A stretch of DNA of 64,000 nucleotides from Macrostomum hystrix (lineage: Eukaryota; Animalia; Platyhelminthes): assembly GCA_950097015.1 (NCBI GenBank), contig CATNEN010000001.1, positions 11,160,001 to 11,224,000 of the forward strand, in the 5' to 3' direction. A program made the translations under genes and the position numbers. Shown here in pieces: positions 58,734 through 64,000 of this stretch. Below the pieces are notes generated by a model. It saw nothing but the letters and a program-made list of their open reading frames with translations. It was not told where the DNA came from and did not search any database. Each line of letters opens with the position of its first letter. The stretch's first letter is position 1.

Positions 58734-61700
58734 ATGGTTCGCAACAATATTCTGGATTTGTTAAAATTGTCGGCATTTAGATTCCTGTATAAAGGTTAGG
58801 ACTATATTTAAAGTTTATACAAAACTACCTTTAAATGCTATTGTAGATCAAAACATACTGCTAAATACACACGGCTTTTAGAATTCAAATTTCTATAGAA
58901 TTCTAAATATAGCTTTCTGTTGTTATGCATCTAGTTCACTTTTTATTCTGCTTGTAGCTGTTTCTAGTTAAGCTAGTGTTCTCGAATCTTTTAGAAGATA
59001 GAGAGAAACGAAAAAGTTGTGCTTTTCTTATCTCTTTTATGTAGATCGCCTTTCATTTGAATCTCTTAGTAGGTATACTTTATTTTTTCTGTGCTCATTC
59101 GCCACTTAAGCAGACCTGCGCGGCGTTCATTCTTAATTCTCTAGGTACAAAGTCTTCTAGAAGAAGAGAATAAGGTGGTTCTGCTTGGTTAAATTGCGCT
59201 GCTTATTGAATCATTTATAGCCTTTTAAAAACTTACACATCTTCTTTTCGAATTTGTCATTTAGTTAGCTGCCCACTGTCTCACTGACTTCATATGACTG
59301 TATCTCCCTTCATATCAGTCCGTAACTCCCTTCATATGAGTCTAACTACCTTCATATGAGTCTGTAACTCCCTTCATATGAGTCTGTAACTCCCTTCATA
59401 TCAGTCCGTAACTCCCTTCATATGAGTCTGTAACTCCCTTCATATGAGTCTGTAACTCCCTTCATATGAGTCTGTAACTCCCTTCATATGAGTCTAACTA
59501 CCTTCATATGAGTCTGTAACTCCCTTCATATGAGTCTGTAACTCCCTTCATATGAGTCTGTAACTACCTTCATATGAGTCTGTAACTCCCTTCCTATGAG
59601 TCTGTAACTCCCTTCATATGAGTCTGTAACTCCCTTCATATGAGTCTGTAACTCCCTTCATCTCTGTCAGTTGTTCCCTTCATCTCTGTCAGTAACTCCC
59701 TTCATCTCGGTCAGTAACTCCCTTCATCTCTGTCAGTAACTCCCTACATCTGAGTCTGTAACTCCCTTCATCTCTGTCAGTAACTCCCTTCATCTCTGTC
59801 AGTAACTCCCTTCATCCCTGTCAGTAACTCCCTTCATCTCTGTCAGTAACTCCCTTCATCTCTGTCAGTAACTCCCTTCATCTCTGTCAGTAACTCCCTT
59901 CATCTCTGTCAGTAACTCCCTTCATCTCTGTCAGTAACTCCCTTCATCTCTGTCAGTAACTCCCTTCATCTCTGTCAGTAACTCCCTTCATCTGTCAGTA
60001 ACTCCCTACACTTGAGTATGTTACTCCCTACATCTGAGTCTGTAACTCCCTTCATCTCTGTCAGTAACTCCCTTCATCTCTGTCAGTAACTCCCTTCATC
60101 TCTGTCAGTAACTCCCTACATCTGAGTCTGTAACTCCCTTCATCTCTGTCAGTAACTCCCTTCATCTCTGTCAGTAACTCCCTTCATCCCTGTCAGTAAC
60201 TCCCTTCATCTCTGTCAGTAACTCCCTTCATCTCTGTCAGTAACTCCCTTCATCTCTGTCAGTAACTCCCTTCATCTCTGTCAGTAACTCCCTTCATCTC
60301 TGTCAGTAACTCCCTTCATCTCTGTCAGTAACTCCCTTCATCTCTGTCAGTAACTCCCTTCATCTGTCAGTAACTCCCTACACTTGAGTATGTTACTCCC
60401 TACATCTGAGTCTGTAACTCCCTACATCTCAGGCTACCTTCATCTCATTATCTTAGCCTGTTAACACAAGAAAATTACTCACAAACTGTTACCAACTGAC
60501 ATTGCAGTCTACCACATTCGCGTCCACGAGTTCGGCGGCCGCCGAGTCGCCGTCCGTTAATCTTCTACTCCAACCCTGGCTAGTTGTTGTGATCATTGTG
60601 ATAATCGATTTCGCCATACAATGGGTCTGTTTTCCAATAGCTTTCGCTTTGAAAACCGAGAAATTCTACGACATGGCCGGCTCACTAACTCACCTGGCTG
60701 TTGTATGGCTGGCGTTCGGCCTACTGGCTGGCTTTAGGCACGTGCGATGCATTGTGCAATGCGTTTGCGTGTCCTTGTGGGCTCTGCGATTGGGAATCTA
60801 CCTGGTCTACAGGTAAGCTGCCAATCACTCGCCGCGCCTTTTTTCCAAGACTTCCGAAGACTCTAAACTTTTTTTCAATTGGTCACTCCGACATTCATTG
60901 ATTGGTCACTCAAACATTATTTGATATTTTCACTCCGACATTCTTTGATTGGTCACTCCGACATTCTTTGATTGGTCACTCCGACATTCTTTGATTGGTC
61001 ACTCCGACATTCTTTAATTGGTCACTCCGACATTCTTTAATTGGTCACTCCGACATTCTTTAGTTGGTCACTCCGACATTCTTTAATTGGTCACTCCGAC
61101 ATTCTTTAATTGGTCACTCCGACATTCTTTAATATTTTCACTACGACATTCTTTAATTGGTTACTCTGACATTCTTTAGTTGGTCACTCCGACATTCTTT
61201 AATTGGTCACTCCGACATTCTTTAATTGGTCACTCCGACATTCTTTAGTTGGTCACTCCGACATTCTTTAATATTTTCACTACGACATTCTTTAATTGAT
61301 TACTCTGACATTCTTTAGTTGGTCACTCCAGCATTCTCCAGTTATTCACTCCAAAATTATTTCATTGGTCACTTCGACATTCATTAATATTTTTACTCCG
61401 ACATTCTTTAATTGGTCACTCCTGCATTCTTTAATTGGTCACTGACATTCTTTAGTTGGTCACTCCAGCATTCTCCAGTTATTCACTCCAAAATTATTTA
61501 ATTGGTCACTTCGACATTCATTAATATTTTTACTCCGACATTCTTCAATTGGTCACTCCTGCATTCTTTAATTGGTCACTGACATTCTTTGGTTGGTCAC
61601 TCCAGCATTCTTGGTCACTCTAAGATAGATCCCAGGATCTCACTCCCTCGCCCGAATCTCGCCTAATCAAACAGAGCTGCTAAGCACGGCGATCGCCGCT

Positions 61701-62254
61701 TCGCCGAGATCCGTACCAGCTGTCCTCGATTCTTCATCACCTGGACTATGCAAGCGGTTTGGGTTGGCTGCAATCTGGCTCCAACCGTTGCTATGCTAAC
61801 CGCTTCGTCAACGGTTGCCATGCCGACTGCATTGGAATGGCGCGACTATCTCGGCTGGAGCATCTTTCTAATCGGCATCCTGACTGAGACCGTGGCCGAC
61901 GCTCAGAAGTCCGTATTCAAAGAGCGACAGGAAAATGCCGGCCGTTTTATCAAATCCGGCCTCTGGTCGGTGTCGAGACATCCCAACTACCTGGGCGAAA
62001 TCACACTGTGGTGGGGCCTGGCCATATCCTCATCCGCCGGATTTCACTATGCGACTGAATGGTGGTACTGGTTCACCTGGATTGGCCCATTGTTGAATAC
62101 CTTGCTAGTGTGCTTCGTTAGCGGCATTCCACTGTTGGAGAAGTCTGCCTACAAGCGTTGGGCTGAGGACCCGGAGTATCAGGAATACCTCAAGAGTACG
62201 CCTGTACTGCTGCCTCTGGTGCCTTGTCCGTTGTGCGACTTTTGCAAGGAGTAG
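58734..62254 (+). CDS. DUF1295 / steroid 5-alpha-reductase-like membrane protein
   Basis: Exons 60508-60812 (DFAIQW..KTEKFYDMAGS..WALRLG.YL) and 61675-62254 (HGDRRF..WTMQAVW..ETVADAQK..FIKSGLWSVSRHPNYLGEI..WWG..VSGIPLLEK). Start proposed as ATG 58734-58736 spliced in phase 0; the start is less certain than the body. Confidence 0.85.
59285..60440. repeat. 22-bp minisatellite with two variant blocks (GTAACTCCCTTCATATGAGTCT / GTAACTCCCTTCATCTCTGTCA)
   Basis: Direct periodicity; variant switch near 59660. Confidence 0.94.
60877..61620. repeat. 23-bp minisatellite (TTGGTCACTCCGACATTCTTTAA)n in the DUF1295 intron
   Basis: Direct periodicity. Confidence 0.92.
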
Positions 62255-62274
62255 TTCTGCATGCTCTGATTTTA

Positions 62275-63495
62275 AGGTGATTCTTGAGAATTGACCTCCC
62301 TAATATACAGTGATTATTGAGAATTGACCTCCCTAATATTCAGTGATTCTTGAGAATTGACCTCCCTAATATTCAGTTATTCTTGAGAATTGACCTCCCT
62401 AATATTCAGTGATTCTTTAGATTTGACCCCCCTAATATTCAGTGATTCTTTAGATTTGACCTCCCTAATATTCAGTGATTCTTTAGATTTGACCCCCCTA
62501 ATATTCAGTGATTCTTGAGATTCGACCTCCCTAATATTCAGTGATTCTTTAGATTTGACCTCCCTAATATTCAGTGATTCTTTAGATTTGACCCCCCTAA
62601 TATTCAGTGATTCTTGAGATTCGACCTCCCTAATATTCAGTGATTCTTTAGATTTGACCTCCCTAATATTCAGTGATTCTTTAGATTTGACCTCCCCTAA
62701 CCTTCAGTGATTCTTGAGAATTGACCTCCCTAATATTCAGTGATTCTTTAGATTTGACCTCCCTAACCTTCAGTGATTCTTTAGATTTGACCTCCCTAAC
62801 CTTCAGTGATTATTTAGATTTTACCTCCCTAACCTTCAGTGATTCTTTAGATTTGACCTCCCTAACCTTCAGTGATTATTTAGATTTTACCTCCCTAATA
62901 TTCAGTGATTATTTAGATTTGACCTCCCTAATATTCAGTGATTATTTAGATTTTACCTCCCTAATATTCAGTGATTATTTAGATTTGACCTCCCTAACCT
63001 TCAGTGATTATTTAGATTTGACCTCCCTAACCTTCAGTGATTATTTAGATTTTACCTCCCTAACCTTCAGTGATTCTTTAGATTTGACCTTCCTAACCTT
63101 CAGTGATTCTTTAGATTTGACCTTCCTAACCTTCAGTGATTATTTAGATTTGACCTTCCTAACCTTCAGTGATTCTTTAGATTTGACCTTCCTAACCTTC
63201 AGTGATTCTTTAGATTTGACCTCCCTAACCTTCAGTGATTATTTAGATTTGACCTCCCTAACCTTCAGTGATTATTTAGATTTGACCTCCCTAACCTTCA
63301 GTGATTATTTAGATTTGACCTTCCTAACCTTCAGTGATTCTTTAGATTTGACCTTCCTAACCTTCAGTGATTCTTTAGATTTGACCTTCCTAACCTTCAG
63401 TGATTATTTAGATTTGACCTTCCTAACCTTCAGTGATTATTTAGATTTGACCTCCCTAACCTTCAGTGATTATTTAGATTTGACCTCCCTAACGT
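62275..63495. repeat. 33-bp minisatellite (CAGTGATTCTTTAGATTTGACCTCCCTAATATT)n 3' of DUF1295
   Basis: Direct periodicity; produces the spurious 266-aa ORF. Confidence 0.95.
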
Positions 63496-64000
63496 TTATC
63501 TACCTAATGACATTTCTTTAACTATTTAAACTAACAAACGACTTAGAGAGCAACATGAACTTCTGTTATTAACAACTTTCGGAAATGATGCTTGCCTTGT
63601 TCTTAATGGCCACAAATGGTTTGTAAATTTGCACGCTTACTAAATTCGATTATAAAATATGTCATCAATTTAATAAAAATATTCATTTCAAAAATGTTTT
63701 AAGCCAATCTTTCTTTTTATTAAGTTTAATTGTCCATTCACAAGTGTATATAATTTCATCTCAGGAAATCTAAGCGATATTTTTTATATTTAACAAAATA
63801 ATTCTAGTTTCTTATTGTTGATAATATCTAGCTTTTTTAGTTTTCTTTAGTAGTTTTCTTAGTACTTTAGCCAAAGCTCACATAAAAACGAATAGACATG
63901 ACTTCAGATTTTTCAAAACTCCACATTGATATTTTTATAATGCTATTTTTCATTAGGATAATAAATAATTCGTTTGTTTGATCAACTTTTGTGTGTATTA

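Noticed and set aside
60502-60507. Non-AUG (TTG/CTG) start for DUF1295
   Set aside because: The sequence is a good CTGAC..TTGCAG acceptor, so a spliced upstream ATG is more parsimonious, though a non-AUG start is not formally excluded.
62721-63521. 266-aa repeat ORF and similar repeat ORFs (4116-4605, 5389-5673, 9358-9727, 14494-15023, 36974-37829, 38030-39031)
   Set aside because: Translations of tandem arrays.

Overview
Eukaryotic (metazoan) genomic DNA with spliceosomal GT-AG introns. The combination of GC-rich exons and a different 17-42 bp minisatellite in nearly every intron or spacer suggests a Macrostomum-like flatworm (inference only). Two gene clusters diverge from an AT-rich, CpG-retaining segment at ~22.7-23.2 kb. 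Minus strand: FBXL2/20, then NUDCD1, then a probable first exon of an unidentified gene. Plus strand: SGT, ARFRP1 and a sphingosine kinase. Further right, a 64-aa LYR-motif microprotein resembling human L0R8F8/AltMIEF1 lies directly upstream of a DUF1295 (steroid 5-alpha-reductase-like) gene. The DUF1295 start ATG appears to sit at the end of the microprotein's last exon, implying a bicistronic mRNA. Mobile elements: an intact RTE-type LINE in SGT intron 1; a three-level nest (8-bp-TSD TIR element > full-length Gypsy with a -1 frameshift/pseudoknot > solo LTR of the same family); a truncated mariner; tRNA-derived SINEs; and a probable solo LTR in an ARFRP1 intron. About 22 unrelated tandem arrays cover roughly 24 kb. 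Exon boundaries were read by eye and checked for frame continuity; no database searches were run.
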